Source: a virus
Taxonomy: Duplodnaviria > Caudoviricetes
DNA length: 57,908 nucleotides
Virus record (IMG/VR): IMGVR_UViG_3300033148_002172
Location: 1 to 57,908 of that record
Strand: one strand, 5' to 3'
Numbering within the stretch: the first letter of the stretch is position 1; each line of letters opens with the position of its first letter. The notes below the pieces were generated by a model. The model saw nothing but the letters and a program-made list of their open reading frames with translations. It did no database searches and was not told where the DNA came from. Below, one piece after another: positions 47,401 to 56,037 of the stretch. Both the position numbers and the translations under genes were made by a program.

Positions 47401-48793
47401 TGCTTACACCATGGGAGACATACGAAGGATGGCCCTAGATCAGGGGGTGCTTACTTCTTTTGTGTCTAAGTCCGGCTTAGCGAACATGGTACAGAGAGCA
47501 GATATAGGAAAGCGGCAAGCGTTTGTGGATAAAATACAAGCGCCTATGCAGCAGTGGGCAGAGTTTGCAGATGTTCTGGAGCAGAGACAGAGGATTGGGT
47601 TATTCACTGACCTAGTAATCAATAGAGGAGTAGACCCAGAGGAAGCGGGGAGAATAGTAAGGGAAGCCTTATACGACTGGGAATACCCCATGACCCACTA
47701 CGAGGCCAAACTAGCGAAAAACATTTTCATGTTCTACAACTTCCATCGAAGGGCCATGGGCCAGGGTATGAGGATTCTTTTAGACCCCTTCGTTAAAGGG
47801 CAAGATGATAGCTTTAGTGATGTAGTACTGAAGTCTTCGCCTGTACTAGCGACTATGGCGGGCAAAAGGGCCTACAAGACTTCTTATGTGATGGCCATGG
47901 AGGAAATGCTCCACCAGAGCAGGCAAGCCATGATAACGCCTGGAGAGGTACAGAGGGATGGTAGCGTTGAAGGCGGTACAGATCCCGCGTACCCTTGGTG
48001 GAGCTGGAAAGCCACAAATAAGGTGTTCCTACCTAACACACCCATGAGTGCAGATAGAGGGGCTAACTACACAAACAGTGTAGGTAAGGAGAGAAAGGAT
48101 CCCGGCATTACTCATAAGGTGATGACCATGCCGTCTTTCACACCTATAGAAATGATAAACAACTGGGCAGACATTATAGGAGTCCTGGCGGCCTACGGGG
48201 TCTCTTGGCTAGAGGCTTCAGGAAATATCATACGCGGTAAGGGGCTATCTGAGGGGGTAGGATATAGGGATGTAGGAAATACCCTAGCTAAACATGCGAT
48301 AGCCATGGGGGGACCGGTATCTGAGCATGCTCTAGAAGGAGTAGCAGATGAGTATCTAAATGGAGGTAGAGAGTCCTATCAGCAGTCTGGCTACGCTGTG
48401 AAGAGGCGTTCAGACAAACTAATTTTGCAGGGGCTTAATGCTATTCCGGGGCTTTCGGAGATGATGGGTGAGGATTCTGGCCTTATCTGGCGTGACCGGG
48501 AGAAAGAAGGAGATGCTTGGAGAACGGATGCAAAAACAATGGCGCTCCTAAAAGTTATACCAGGACTGGCTAACGAGATTAACACCTACTACGGGCCGTT
48601 GTTAGAGAACAATGCAGAAGGGGGAGAGATCTCAGAGGGGATAAAAGATACCGTCTTAGGCATACTAGGCTTTAAAACGTATAGGTATAGCCCCGAAAAG
48701 GTTAGGAAGGACGACATGTATAAACTAAAGAAAAAGTTTTCTCGTAAGAGGCGAGAGGAGGAACGGGAGAGTGGCACTAAGAAGAAGCGGTAG
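41390..48793 (+). CDS. Giant internal virion/ejection protein with two HExxH zincin-like modules
   Basis: 2467 aa; TVLHELLHVAT...DEIVAWGFTNPEFRDFLK and TIVHEILHSVT...HELVAYGMSHKKFMELLK. Confidence 0.75.
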   Translation: MVAIRAGIWGAEETGAISEESGNTLRGITDFAAGMGVALNDPDILTLVTGGVGKLTKLKALGRVGDAMGVSAAAKAATKEKDYVAAADELMTIISTPKTTDKELIAATTDALRKFSPIDRINITNAVKLKLASDPKLSEISKQVLDQAIKHGGKPIENKAPSAQVLKGETVAQRATEKPGISRGAVARGETKMLKKGAKQVKKLRKQGRPQAAKTLAKAMASYRTLQLTNLSKATILADLVGQKRAIGILRGITRASRKAPTKTVQQMQLELGQVTKALQEARQKMFKAFDETAVPRGTRKGDRPATKLYAEAEAAYESAMAKWHNLSMELSTAMSDDAEKFLDTLIVRANKQLKASNKRLAARTKAIDGLGHKFRVNPKEHAKIVKAVVESAPKQMQGKIVSSALAVTLRDMGTVFGKLSAFAEETRPGGITGSLSKTMDEYEKLADDTWFRPDIVDLASKAAGDIRPVGIKGMNAEQFGEKLKQIKTARKAAEFIAENAEDESYREIAKRILDEIPDNVLIHVVDETLQPSALVEAGQAYPSTALNELAGGWASGLHQIRGGKSVSVLIRGMNTSDGRTAQTVLHELLHVATHAKIRESRKLPGSPEYKAIFKELNAINDAVVKDLNAKLKAGTNTATEAFWGREITGNPDEIVAWGFTNPEFRDFLKTIKMPGELDQSAWSKFVASIARILGLGVLTPTKEGKVGLEGKTALDSLLKAVDDLIDLPAPAPKAPTKAPTKAATKAPARAIPIEAAVKMWGLPTSRTGSPKRDYRMGIEDIAYEDPGEAFSVVANVVRRRGRPVREPGAPHNKFYGGYFFVRPRSKDHLRSLGSRFSHINNPTNLPVYTVGTHFLEEIPEVPVMAHIKEALTFLTKRHPKGFILGSNLKDAQRWRYPPSITVVNGKIVDEVDEVGKVASDRHLTSLASDARGGVPAGFASGFEGTSDAALADELYRMDGIQGTPMIDLMWRLQHRIEDPVLAAVFWKLRKSPQLEHGKGAMSRVYIVTDEMLEDLGGLHDDAAVRDIRWMAENYSGVAGAATYRKRWTKASDILEQVVNIPKTLKEDAAWLQRELRNPSILDVIGKYAHKAEVNMLEEAFDDLHDVYSRTIGHPDLFIGSIGRKAFYENAFESLLEKIGDFKQNPGYRSIQEINEGLITKIATELRTDLLDSNPLSKLLGRKGIFLNALSTGPDGEKLPDWLAYKGMNAETIVHEILHSVTMEQIGIAANMGKGLKKSTPLGKAYTRLHRVGSDVLRNIPRLADKYIKRAAKLTEEYDKIVDAWLKAEERVLSGPDMSKVPFIKSQDGRAALQAKADALAKQMDDWQKLHPQRLEDAFILQKEALWLHGMTRRLKSDDGTLSVHELVAYGMSHKKFMELLKDVKLPGAQGKVSLWTAFVHSIAQVLGMRKGESALSELLSAAEEVMDTSLSDALLQAGPDIAGKYIRGELNLSQTLKMTHGGGGGRGGIGDAARGMGEEVSKGFSRSEEIYLVRQLSLMSGWTANNDGELMKTWLAVQKDLKNMWDPAQAILGPASEKIQQIGVAIFSQIKVMQKDLVKRVDTEAIRKGQAAIKEAQKAGKFAGLDPEEALKKKRKIKKDAEAAVFSEYIGGDKDGVIKSINGSIINTMFAGKSLWTQAKPMLRAGLNRGKKGAHSMPFKTLAKMWFGGQYRNEGELGALYTQVENLLLYGHKGGKAGLEKKLEVTLTKEEALHIGAALKWEDFSEEVRNITKNQFNIAGMGEVESSPKKAQAFAAQAVTQMALLNHASTRVMKELADFPEDAIIAATRLVSGHSQDPGTDIAKAFDVLNRLKMPAFVREAKNEADTYLKIGLEMYADPSGDFKAFIPRQWMDETLKRLSKVEKVAAEAHFSAKSPGIKKSIATIQGFYRLWQTSILTGAFLPRPAYWTNIYIGNVSQLIGEGRFAEAATMAASPVRDIIWASQRLASHTRLGKYVDATLDHVATKYGTDHPLASLTNALLNKNISQVLDPRLADDSARIAGTAYTMGDIRRMALDQGVLTSFVSKSGLANMVQRADIGKRQAFVDKIQAPMQQWAEFADVLEQRQRIGLFTDLVINRGVDPEEAGRIVREALYDWEYPMTHYEAKLAKNIFMFYNFHRRAMGQGMRILLDPFVKGQDDSFSDVVLKSSPVLATMAGKRAYKTSYVMAMEEMLHQSRQAMITPGEVQRDGSVEGGTDPAYPWWSWKATNKVFLPNTPMSADRGANYTNSVGKERKDPGITHKVMTMPSFTPIEMINNWADIIGVLAAYGVSWLEASGNIIRGKGLSEGVGYRDVGNTLAKHAIAMGGPVSEHALEGVADEYLNGGRESYQQSGYAVKRRSDKLILQGLNAIPGLSEMMGEDSGLIWRDREKEGDAWRTDAKTMALLKVIPGLANEINTYYGPLLENNAEGGEISEGIKDTVLGILGFKTYRYSPEKVRKDDMYKLKKKFSRKRREEERESGTKKKR

Positions 48794-48885
48794 CTTGCTC
48801 TTGAAGTCCTTACATGTTAGAGACCTATTACCCGGTTAACTACCGGCCCGTCCAAATACCTGGGCGGCGATGAACAGGTGAAATT

Positions 48886-49350
48886 ATGGCTATTAAGTCA
48901 AGACGTATTGGTGAACAGGTAGACCGCAACACACTCGGTCGTATCCGTGTCCTTAACAACTCCGGTGTGGCTATTGCTAAAGGGGACATCCTTTCTGTTA
49001 CGGGGTCCTCGGCAAGCGGTGGACACTTAACCGTGATTAAGGCTGACGCCGACTTCAATGCGGGCGTTAGGTGCGATGGAATGAAGCTCGTTGCAGACCA
49101 CGATATTGCTACCGGAAGTACCGGCATTGTGGTGGAGTGGGCTATTGTAGACGGCAACACTAACGGCATGGCCGTTGGGGAAGAACTGTATTTAGGTAAT
49201 GGCGTCGGTGCCGGAGGTTGGGTACAGGTGGGGGGCAAAATGGCAGCAGGGGCTACCAATTACACGGCCATTGTAGGGCAGGTGCTTACTGCGGCTGTTG
49301 CCGGTAAAGTTCTCTTAGCTCCACAGAAGTGGCGCGAGATCGCCACTTAG
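48886..49350 (+). CDS. Putative capsid fibre / decoration protein
   Basis: NNSGVAIAKGD..V, GEELYL, VGQVL pattern; capsid-like codon usage; own promoter. Confidence 0.55.
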   Translation: MAIKSRRIGEQVDRNTLGRIRVLNNSGVAIAKGDILSVTGSSASGGHLTVIKADADFNAGVRCDGMKLVADHDIATGSTGIVVEWAIVDGNTNGMAVGEELYLGNGVGAGGWVQVGGKMAAGATNYTAIVGQVLTAAVAGKVLLAPQKWREIAT

Positions 49351-49359
49351 GAGGTAGCT

Positions 49360-50367
49360 ATGGCGGATTACCCTGGAAAACAATATGTGGACCGTATAGG
49401 GGATGCCGCTGACTCTGCTATTAAGTGGGCGAAAGATAAGGTTAACGTGCCCGACGACGCTAAAGGGTTTGAAGATTATTTACTGAACACTAGATCTTCC
49501 CCCGATGATGAGCCGTGGGGTAACCCCTATTTTAAAGAAGACCCAGAAAGACCAGGGGATATAGTATCCTCTGACGAGGATTATGATGGGCGTTATGACC
49601 ATATCTATGAACCTAATGCACCGATTCCACCACCGCATGGAAAATGGGAAAGGTCTTACGCCCCTCCATCTAGCGGCGATGTAGCCAGGATGGACCAGGC
49701 GAAACTTAAAGGTTTCGCAGATAACGTAAAGGACCTGAATCCCTTCAGCCCGGTAAAAAATATAAAAACTCGGCGAGCTATAGCCGAAGACCTGAATATG
49801 AATCCCTACGATGTAGGTAGCTTACCTAGAGCAGCTATTAGAGAACTAGTGAGACAATACGGTCCCAGCGCAAGACCTTACCCAGGAGATAGCCAGCTCA
49901 AGTTCCAGAGAGGGTGGGCTGCTGATGGCTCGCCTAAAATGCAGGAATTTGACCACTCGGAGAAACAGAAAGCTAGAGAAGAGTGGGACTACGATAAAAT
50001 GATGGAGAACCATGCAGAGGGGGTTAGGTTAAATACAGATGCAGATCGCCTAGAGGCTCGCCATCACGCTAATTACAGGGGCGAACCAGCACACGGTCGG
50101 CAGCGATCTTCCCTCCCACACCTACTGCATGGGATGTCGGGATTTGAGAAACAGTTGGACACAGGCGACGGAGATGGCGTAACTGACAGCGAGGCGAGAA
50201 GTATACGATACAAAGACGATTACTGGGATGAGAAGCAACCTCCCTGGCCAGCACCTAAGTCTTATGAAGATGAGCTGCTCAGCTCGATGCAGGAAGATAA
50301 TGAGCTGCTAGCTATAGAGGCAGGTATGGGGCGGTCAGATAAAGACTTTAGAGTGGAGCGTGACTAG
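49360..50367 (+). CDS. Hypothetical protein
   Basis: 335-aa hydrophilic ORF, AGGAGG RBS. Confidence 0.65.
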   Translation: MADYPGKQYVDRIGDAADSAIKWAKDKVNVPDDAKGFEDYLLNTRSSPDDEPWGNPYFKEDPERPGDIVSSDEDYDGRYDHIYEPNAPIPPPHGKWERSYAPPSSGDVARMDQAKLKGFADNVKDLNPFSPVKNIKTRRAIAEDLNMNPYDVGSLPRAAIRELVRQYGPSARPYPGDSQLKFQRGWAADGSPKMQEFDHSEKQKAREEWDYDKMMENHAEGVRLNTDADRLEARHHANYRGEPAHGRQRSSLPHLLHGMSGFEKQLDTGDGDGVTDSEARSIRYKDDYWDEKQPPWPAPKSYEDELLSSMQEDNELLAIEAGMGRSDKDFRVERD

Positions 50368-50792
50368 TGGACGACGACTACAGATATAGCCGGGACGAGG
50401 CAGCCAAAAACGCAATACTCGGAGAGCTACTTGAGACACACAAGGGAGTACCATTCGTTGATCGCATATTAGCTCCCAATAGATATCCTATTAGGCAGAA
50501 CCCAGACGGAAGCACCTCAACCCACCTCCTAAGTACAATAGGAGGAGGACCAGGAGAACCGCTGCATGTGGCTCCTTCTCTGCAGTTGATTGACGGAAAA
50601 TGGGTGGAGGGAGATCCTTGGGATGCAGTCAAGCGGAAAAATTCTATTCTCTTTCCAAGCACTCCAGAGGGGAGAAAAAGCGCAGAGGATCTTGCTGGAG
50701 GCTCTTGGAAAACCCTTCCGTCTGTTAAAAGAGCGGCAGGAGACCGAGGCCTTCTACAGAATCCTATGCCCCCCAAACCGGAGCGTGACTAG
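50367..50792 (+). CDS. Hypothetical protein flanked by 20-bp direct repeats
   Basis: 141-aa ORF between identical GGAGCGTGACTAGTGGACGA junctions. Confidence 0.65.
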   Translation: MDDDYRYSRDEAAKNAILGELLETHKGVPFVDRILAPNRYPIRQNPDGSTSTHLLSTIGGGPGEPLHVAPSLQLIDGKWVEGDPWDAVKRKNSILFPSTPEGRKSAEDLAGGSWKTLPSVKRAAGDRGLLQNPMPPKPERD

Positions 50793-51025
50793 TGGACGAA
50801 GTAAGTTTCACAACCCTGCTACTTGAGCTAGCTGAGAGTAGTGGTACCTGGAAAGCCCTGGCCATCGGCTGTTTGGTGTTAGCGTGGCGATGGTGGAAGA
50901 GTATGCAGAAGCACCTATGTCAGGCTATACCAGATGCTTTGGCTATCGGAAGAAAGGTAGCTGACGACGGTATAGATGTACGTCTTAGAGTGCATATGTG
51001 TGATGAGGAGGAAGAAGGGGAGTAG
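50792..51025 (+). CDS. Small membrane protein; holin candidate
   Basis: One hydrophobic segment (WKALAIGCLVLAWRWWK), acidic C-terminus. Confidence 0.4.
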   Translation: MDEVSFTTLLLELAESSGTWKALAIGCLVLAWRWWKSMQKHLCQAIPDALAIGRKVADDGIDVRLRVHMCDEEEEGE

Positions 51026-51093
51026 AGTAGCGGAACCTAGCCCAGCGTGTTATGGTCAACTTAATACACACACGCACTATACAGGAGACTTTT

Positions 51094-51468
51094 ATGATGT
51101 TTGCTCAGATTATAACATCCGTTATGCGCCTACTTTTTCCTAAAGCCCCTGCTTGGATTGCACAGCTCGTATCTTTAGCTTTACCTGCCACTATTGAAAT
51201 GGTTAGGGAGCTTAACGAGATTAAGATGGAAGGCAGCCTAAAGTTTAATATGGCGGTATCCGAGATTTCGGAGCTACTAGACGACGCCTTTGATGATTTA
51301 CCAGAGTGGTCCGAGCTTTCAGAAGAGCAGCGAGATAGGATTATTGGAGGCTTAGTAGAGCTTGCAGTATTCCTAGAAGGCCTAGTAGGTAAGATGGGCA
51401 AGAAAGAAACCCTTAGGTCTGCTAGGGGTGTTATGCGCTCTCTGCGTCGATCTGCCCGTAGTAACTAG
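51094..51468 (+). CDS. Hypothetical protein, possibly holin-like
   Basis: Hydrophobic N-terminus, G..KF..AV motif, basic tail; AGGAG RBS. Confidence 0.45.
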   Translation: MMFAQIITSVMRLLFPKAPAWIAQLVSLALPATIEMVRELNEIKMEGSLKFNMAVSEISELLDDAFDDLPEWSELSEEQRDRIIGGLVELAVFLEGLVGKMGKKETLRSARGVMRSLRRSARSN

Positions 51469-51476
51469 GAGACCCC

Positions 51477-51974
51477 ATGCCCACTAGCAATTTCCCCCGT
51501 CTTAAATTTACTGACATAACAGAGGTAGAAGTACTGGACCACTCAGCTTCTTTCTTTGCGACCGGTACCGACCCAGTCGCGGCGGAGGGGGCTGGGTCAG
51601 CCCAAACCTCGGCAGTGTCCGTAATAGGTGTCAAACAGTTAGACATTTTCATTAACCTAACTACTAATCCAGGAAACAAACTATACGTTAAGGTACGCTT
51701 CTCCGGTAAGGAGGCACCAGATGTGACGGTGCCTACAGATTGGGGCTACGTCCAGATTGATAATATAGATGGCGCTACCGGCATTAGCACAGTACAAGAG
51801 TACATGGTAGAGATAGATCTAGCAAATGTTAACGGAACGGCATCTGCAGCAGCTAGACGTTACTTAGTGCGTATAGATCAGATATCGGGAATGTGGGCCA
51901 GTGCTATTGTGTGGGTTTTCGGCGGCAATGCCCAAGGTACAGTAGAATTCCAGAGACAAGGTGGGGGTATGTAA
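51477..51974 (+). CDS. Putative virion structural protein
   Basis: 165-aa beta-rich ORF, AGGAG RBS. Confidence 0.55.
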   Translation: MPTSNFPRLKFTDITEVEVLDHSASFFATGTDPVAAEGAGSAQTSAVSVIGVKQLDIFINLTTNPGNKLYVKVRFSGKEAPDVTVPTDWGYVQIDNIDGATGISTVQEYMVEIDLANVNGTASAAARRYLVRIDQISGMWASAIVWVFGGNAQGTVEFQRQGGGM

Positions 51975-52207
51975 TGGCGATTTATTTGACACCAGGCGTG
52001 GAGACTGATGGGCAGTATGACCCGGCCACAAATGTGGACGGTACGATGACTGTGTTCACAGTTCCAGGTATGCGTTCACCGCACTGCGACAGAGATAACC
52101 TCTTGTTCGTGATTGTTGCGCCAGCAGATATGGTTGCTCCCGCAGATTGGCAGGAGAAAACCGAGGCCGAGATTAACGTGCTCTATCCTGGCACATTCGG
52201 AGGTTGA
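51974..52207 (+). CDS. Small tail-associated hypothetical protein
   Basis: TAATG-coupled ORF. Confidence 0.55.
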   Translation: MAIYLTPGVETDGQYDPATNVDGTMTVFTVPGMRSPHCDRDNLLFVIVAPADMVAPADWQEKTEAEINVLYPGTFGG

Positions 52208-52208
52208 T

Positions 52209-53289
52209 ATGGCAGTTAAATGGTCATGGGCGTGGGGTTCGGAAACCGCATTGGTTTTAGAGACTAGCGCAGGGTGGGATTTCTCGTCGACAGCGGCTAG
52301 CAACGTAACATCGTACCCGACGGGTGGACTACCGGCCGGAGTGCCAGAGTTCACTTACGCGGGATCCCCCACGCGATACACGATCAACCTCAAAAGCTCG
52401 TCCACAGCCAGAACACCGCTAAATATTGGCGCCCCGCAGGGGTGGATCTGTGGTCATTTCTACCTAAATTCGGCTGGAGGGTTTTCAAATTATCAGGCTT
52501 TAACCGTGCTAGCGACCAGTAACGGGCGAGCAACCTATGTTGTCGCCAATGGACCGGATACGCTTAAATTGTACTGTCGCCAATGGACCGGATACGCTTA
52601 AATTGTACGTTGATCACGTGTTTAAAGAGCAGACCGTGGCGACGTTTCCACCCCTAACGTGGCATAACATAGCTTTAAAGTACGATATGAGCACCACCAC
52701 TTGGAGCGGGCAGCTCTTTATGAACGGGGTAGCCGTCACGGCTGCCTATACTGATCCGGGGGTAGCCCAAACGTCTAGCTATTTCAGAATTTCGGGGCTT
52801 CTTAATTCCTCTCTGATTACGGGCGGATACTGGGCGGGGCTAGTCCACTATGACGATCTAGCCGACGCTGGCGAACTAAGCCGCCATGTCACAAGGGTAT
52901 CACCCACAGCCGATGTGTCAGAGGTCGGCACATGGAGTCCAGCCAGTGGAGGAACGACCCAAACCACAGAACTGGCCAGCCCCTTGAACACTGCCACAAC
53001 AGTTACGGAAGCGGCACCCCTCAGCGGTGAGAATGTAGTACTCAACGTCAATAATCTGGCCACCCAACTGGGTATCACGCCGAATATATATGGAGTGAGC
53101 GCTCATGCGTATGCCGATGGCGTGGGCATCAGCGTGGAGGCAGCAGTGGGCGAGGGCCAGACCTATACCACAGGGACTAGCGTGGTGGCAGGTTCAGCAA
53201 CGTACGCCACGGCTACAGCTCCCAATAAACCAGGCGGCGGTGCATGGGCAGCCACGGATACAGTGCTGTTGAAATTCGAGGTTAGCTAA
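52209..53289 (+). CDS. Putative tail protein (lectin/ConA-like beta sandwich), split by a 34-bp tandem duplication; 348 aa when repaired
   Basis: Duplication 52541-52574 / 52575-52608; TWHNIALKYD...QLFMNG motif. Confidence 0.65.
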
Positions 53290-53537
53290 TGGCTGTAGAC
53301 GCGCAGGGACTGTTTGGGAGCGTGGTCCATGACGCAGACCCAAATCCTATAGCGGCACGCGGGCTATTCGCATCTGTAGTACATGACGCCAACCTGAATC
53401 CTATAGCGGCACGAGCATTATTCGCCAGCGTGGTACACGAGGGTACAGCAGCAGGTGGAGGAGGAGGCTCGACTGCGCAAGGTAAAGTGTTACAGGGCGA
53501 CGGCTTCCAGGGCGGTTATAACCAAGGGGATGTCTAA
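53289..53537 (+). CDS. Small protein with three 18-aa repeats
   Basis: A.(G/A)LF.SVVH(D/E) repeated three times. Confidence 0.6.
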   Translation: MAVDAQGLFGSVVHDADPNPIAARGLFASVVHDANLNPIAARALFASVVHEGTAAGGGGGSTAQGKVLQGDGFQGGYNQGDV

Positions 53538-55810
53538 TGGCCCAACCTATACTAAAAGTAGAGATTGTTGCTCCCATCCCAGGGAGCGGGGGTGGCACAG
53601 TTACCCAGGTAGATACAGGGACAGGCCTAAGCGGCGGGCCGATTACCACTACTGGGACAATCGACCTAGATAATACGGCAGTAACACCCGGCGCTTACAC
53701 CGCTGCTGATATCACAGTTGACGCCCAAGGGCGGATAACAGCGGCAGCAAATGGGGGCGGAGGAGGAGGGATATCAACCCTCCCGGTCGGCAATGTCATC
53801 TATGTTGACAAGCTGGGCAATGATGGCACCGGGCTAGTAGATAGGTTCGACTTACCGTTTTTAACTATCGCGGCAGCTATTGCGGTAGCAGGCACTGGGG
53901 ACACCATACAGATACGTCCCGGTGTCTACCCCGAGTCCGGGTTGACCATCCCGCAGGGTGTAACCCTGGTGGGCATTGGAGGGTATGAGGTCACCTCCAT
54001 CACAGGCGCGGCTGCAACCGGCGTGCGTGTAACTATGGGAATAGATACTACCCTCCAGAACATTAGCGTCACAGTACCTACGGATGCAGCGGGAGCAATC
54101 GAATGTGCTATCGGCGGTGGAAACGTCTGCGGCGTTAGGTTTATGAAGTTCCTGGGAGCGGGGGGTTCTGGTCGAGGCATACTGGTCACCAGCGGCAAGC
54201 TCATCGGCCTGGAGTTGCGGCAAGGCTCTGGCGTGGCAGACTCCATGTTGGAGGTTAACGGCGGGGTGCTGGCCTGTCAGGCGGTACATATCCCACCCGG
54301 AGCGACGTTAGCTGCGGGGGCAAAGTGTACAGCAGGCAGACTCCAGGCACTCGATTTCAATATCGGCTCTTCTACAGTAACCACTGGTGTGATTGCTACG
54401 GCTGGGACAGCTGTCCTAATAAGCCTGAACCTATTTAATTGTACGAATGGTATCCGTGTGAGCGGTAATACTGTAACGGTCGAGGCGTATGGCGGGAAAA
54501 TTCAGGCGTCTGCTTACAACCTGCTGGTGGACCCAGCTCTTACGGGCGTAGGGGGTCTGCTACGAATCACTGCGCAGATGGATAGGAAGTTCAGCATCCC
54601 CTCCACATGGATAGATAGCGATCACGCTTGGTGGGGAGCGGATAGCGTGGTTGGCCACCCGGAGAAGGGCAGCGGGATGTATGTGGGTGAGGGTTCGGCG
54701 TATGCCACACTGAATACCGTGTTCACTACAGATGCGACAGGAGCAGCAGGCTACATAGATATCAGCACCGAGGCCAGCTCGAAGGACGGGTCTACATTCT
54801 CCTTCCAGACAGGGGCTGTGGGTGAAACCATCATGTGGTGTACGAACCGAGTGGATTCTTCTGGAGCTAAGCTCAAGCACTGGACAGCCCAGTTTGCCCA
54901 GGTGGTTGCAGCGACTGCACGCACACATGTGTTTGAAATCTATAGTGGTGCCGCTTGGGTCGAGGTGGGCGTCCAGTCTGTACAGGTAGCAAATCAGTAC
55001 AGGTATGGCGACCAAGCGTTTCTTAGAGCAGCTAACTTAGAGGATTACAGGCTGGGAATTGACGGAGCCACAACCTGGGCTAGCTCCACGATTAACGGGG
55101 TGGCAGGCCATTGGGCCAGAGTGCGTGTCGCTACGTTAGCAGTGCCTAATATAGTCCCCACATTCGAGCAGCTAAAGCTCGTGCTCGTGCCGTCGCAGTT
55201 CGGTGTGAACGACCGGGGTCAGCAGCTAGCGCAAGGGCTGGCCATGTGGAAGCAGACATTGTTCGGTAGCGGAAATATGTGGGGAGAGGGTGCGGGGGCT
55301 AAGGATTATACACAGCGCCTCGGCGTCGCCATAGCCGCAGCGAGTCTAACCGGGTGGAGCCATAAGGTAAAGAAGGGCAAACTCGACACTATAAATGACT
55401 TTATCACATGGCAGCTAAACGTACCCGGTGGGCTATGTACAGCGTTCCCAATTAAATTTACGCTAACCTACAGTCATGATACCGCGCAGACACTGGACCT
55501 CGCATGTTGTGTAATTCCCCAGCCCGTTGCGGGAGTGCTGGTGGCAGACCCAGCAGGAGGGGTAACGCCCACTGCTCGATTGATAGCCGACACCCCTGCG
55601 TATGATACCATTGCAGCATTGAATACCACTAATACGATCGTCACTACTGTAGACACGCTAGACACCACCTCCTACGAGTTTGACATCTCAAATATGTACG
55701 AGGGCGACATCCTGATTTTGAAAATTCACATGGTGACAAACCATGATATTTTCATCTGGAGTCTACAGGTTGAGGGTGTGTCGTTTAGTGCGGGTAAAGT
55801 TATCGGTTAG
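53537..55810 (+). CDS. Tail fibre / tailspike with parallel beta-helix region
   Basis: VTQVDTGTGLSGGPITTTGTI..ITVDAQGRITAA fibre repeat; IYVDKLGND..PFLTIAAAI..GDTIQIRPGVYPE beta-helix cap. Confidence 0.75.
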   Translation: MAQPILKVEIVAPIPGSGGGTVTQVDTGTGLSGGPITTTGTIDLDNTAVTPGAYTAADITVDAQGRITAAANGGGGGGISTLPVGNVIYVDKLGNDGTGLVDRFDLPFLTIAAAIAVAGTGDTIQIRPGVYPESGLTIPQGVTLVGIGGYEVTSITGAAATGVRVTMGIDTTLQNISVTVPTDAAGAIECAIGGGNVCGVRFMKFLGAGGSGRGILVTSGKLIGLELRQGSGVADSMLEVNGGVLACQAVHIPPGATLAAGAKCTAGRLQALDFNIGSSTVTTGVIATAGTAVLISLNLFNCTNGIRVSGNTVTVEAYGGKIQASAYNLLVDPALTGVGGLLRITAQMDRKFSIPSTWIDSDHAWWGADSVVGHPEKGSGMYVGEGSAYATLNTVFTTDATGAAGYIDISTEASSKDGSTFSFQTGAVGETIMWCTNRVDSSGAKLKHWTAQFAQVVAATARTHVFEIYSGAAWVEVGVQSVQVANQYRYGDQAFLRAANLEDYRLGIDGATTWASSTINGVAGHWARVRVATLAVPNIVPTFEQLKLVLVPSQFGVNDRGQQLAQGLAMWKQTLFGSGNMWGEGAGAKDYTQRLGVAIAAASLTGWSHKVKKGKLDTINDFITWQLNVPGGLCTAFPIKFTLTYSHDTAQTLDLACCVIPQPVAGVLVADPAGGVTPTARLIADTPAYDTIAALNTTNTIVTTVDTLDTTSYEFDISNMYEGDILILKIHMVTNHDIFIWSLQVEGVSFSAGKVIG

Positions 55811-56037
55811 TCGATAAAGCACTTAAGCTGCTTATACTCTTCCGAGTCGCAAGCTAGGCCAGAGGACAGGTCTAGTCTATCTGCTATAGACTCTAGCTCA
55901 CTATCCACGGTAAGCCAGCCCTCTAATACGGTAAACCCAGAGTATGTGCAGGTGAAGGGTAGGCTATAACCCTCCGGCATTTCTGGCCTTGGAGGAGATG
56001 AGCAGGCCATAACTACGGCTAGTAAAACAAATCTCAT
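55807..56037 (-). CDS. Putative small lipoprotein
   Basis: MRFVLLAVVMAC-SS lipobox-like signal; ATGA-coupled. Confidence 0.55.
   Translation of the reverse strand: MRFVLLAVVMACSSPPRPEMPEGYSLPFTCTYSGFTVLEGWLTVDSELESIADRLDLSSGLACDSEEYKQLKCFID

Noticed and set aside
54610-54660. Possible in-frame deletion in the tail fibre (DHAWWGAD)
   Set aside because: The sequence reads abruptly, but the frame is intact and there is no evidence without homologues
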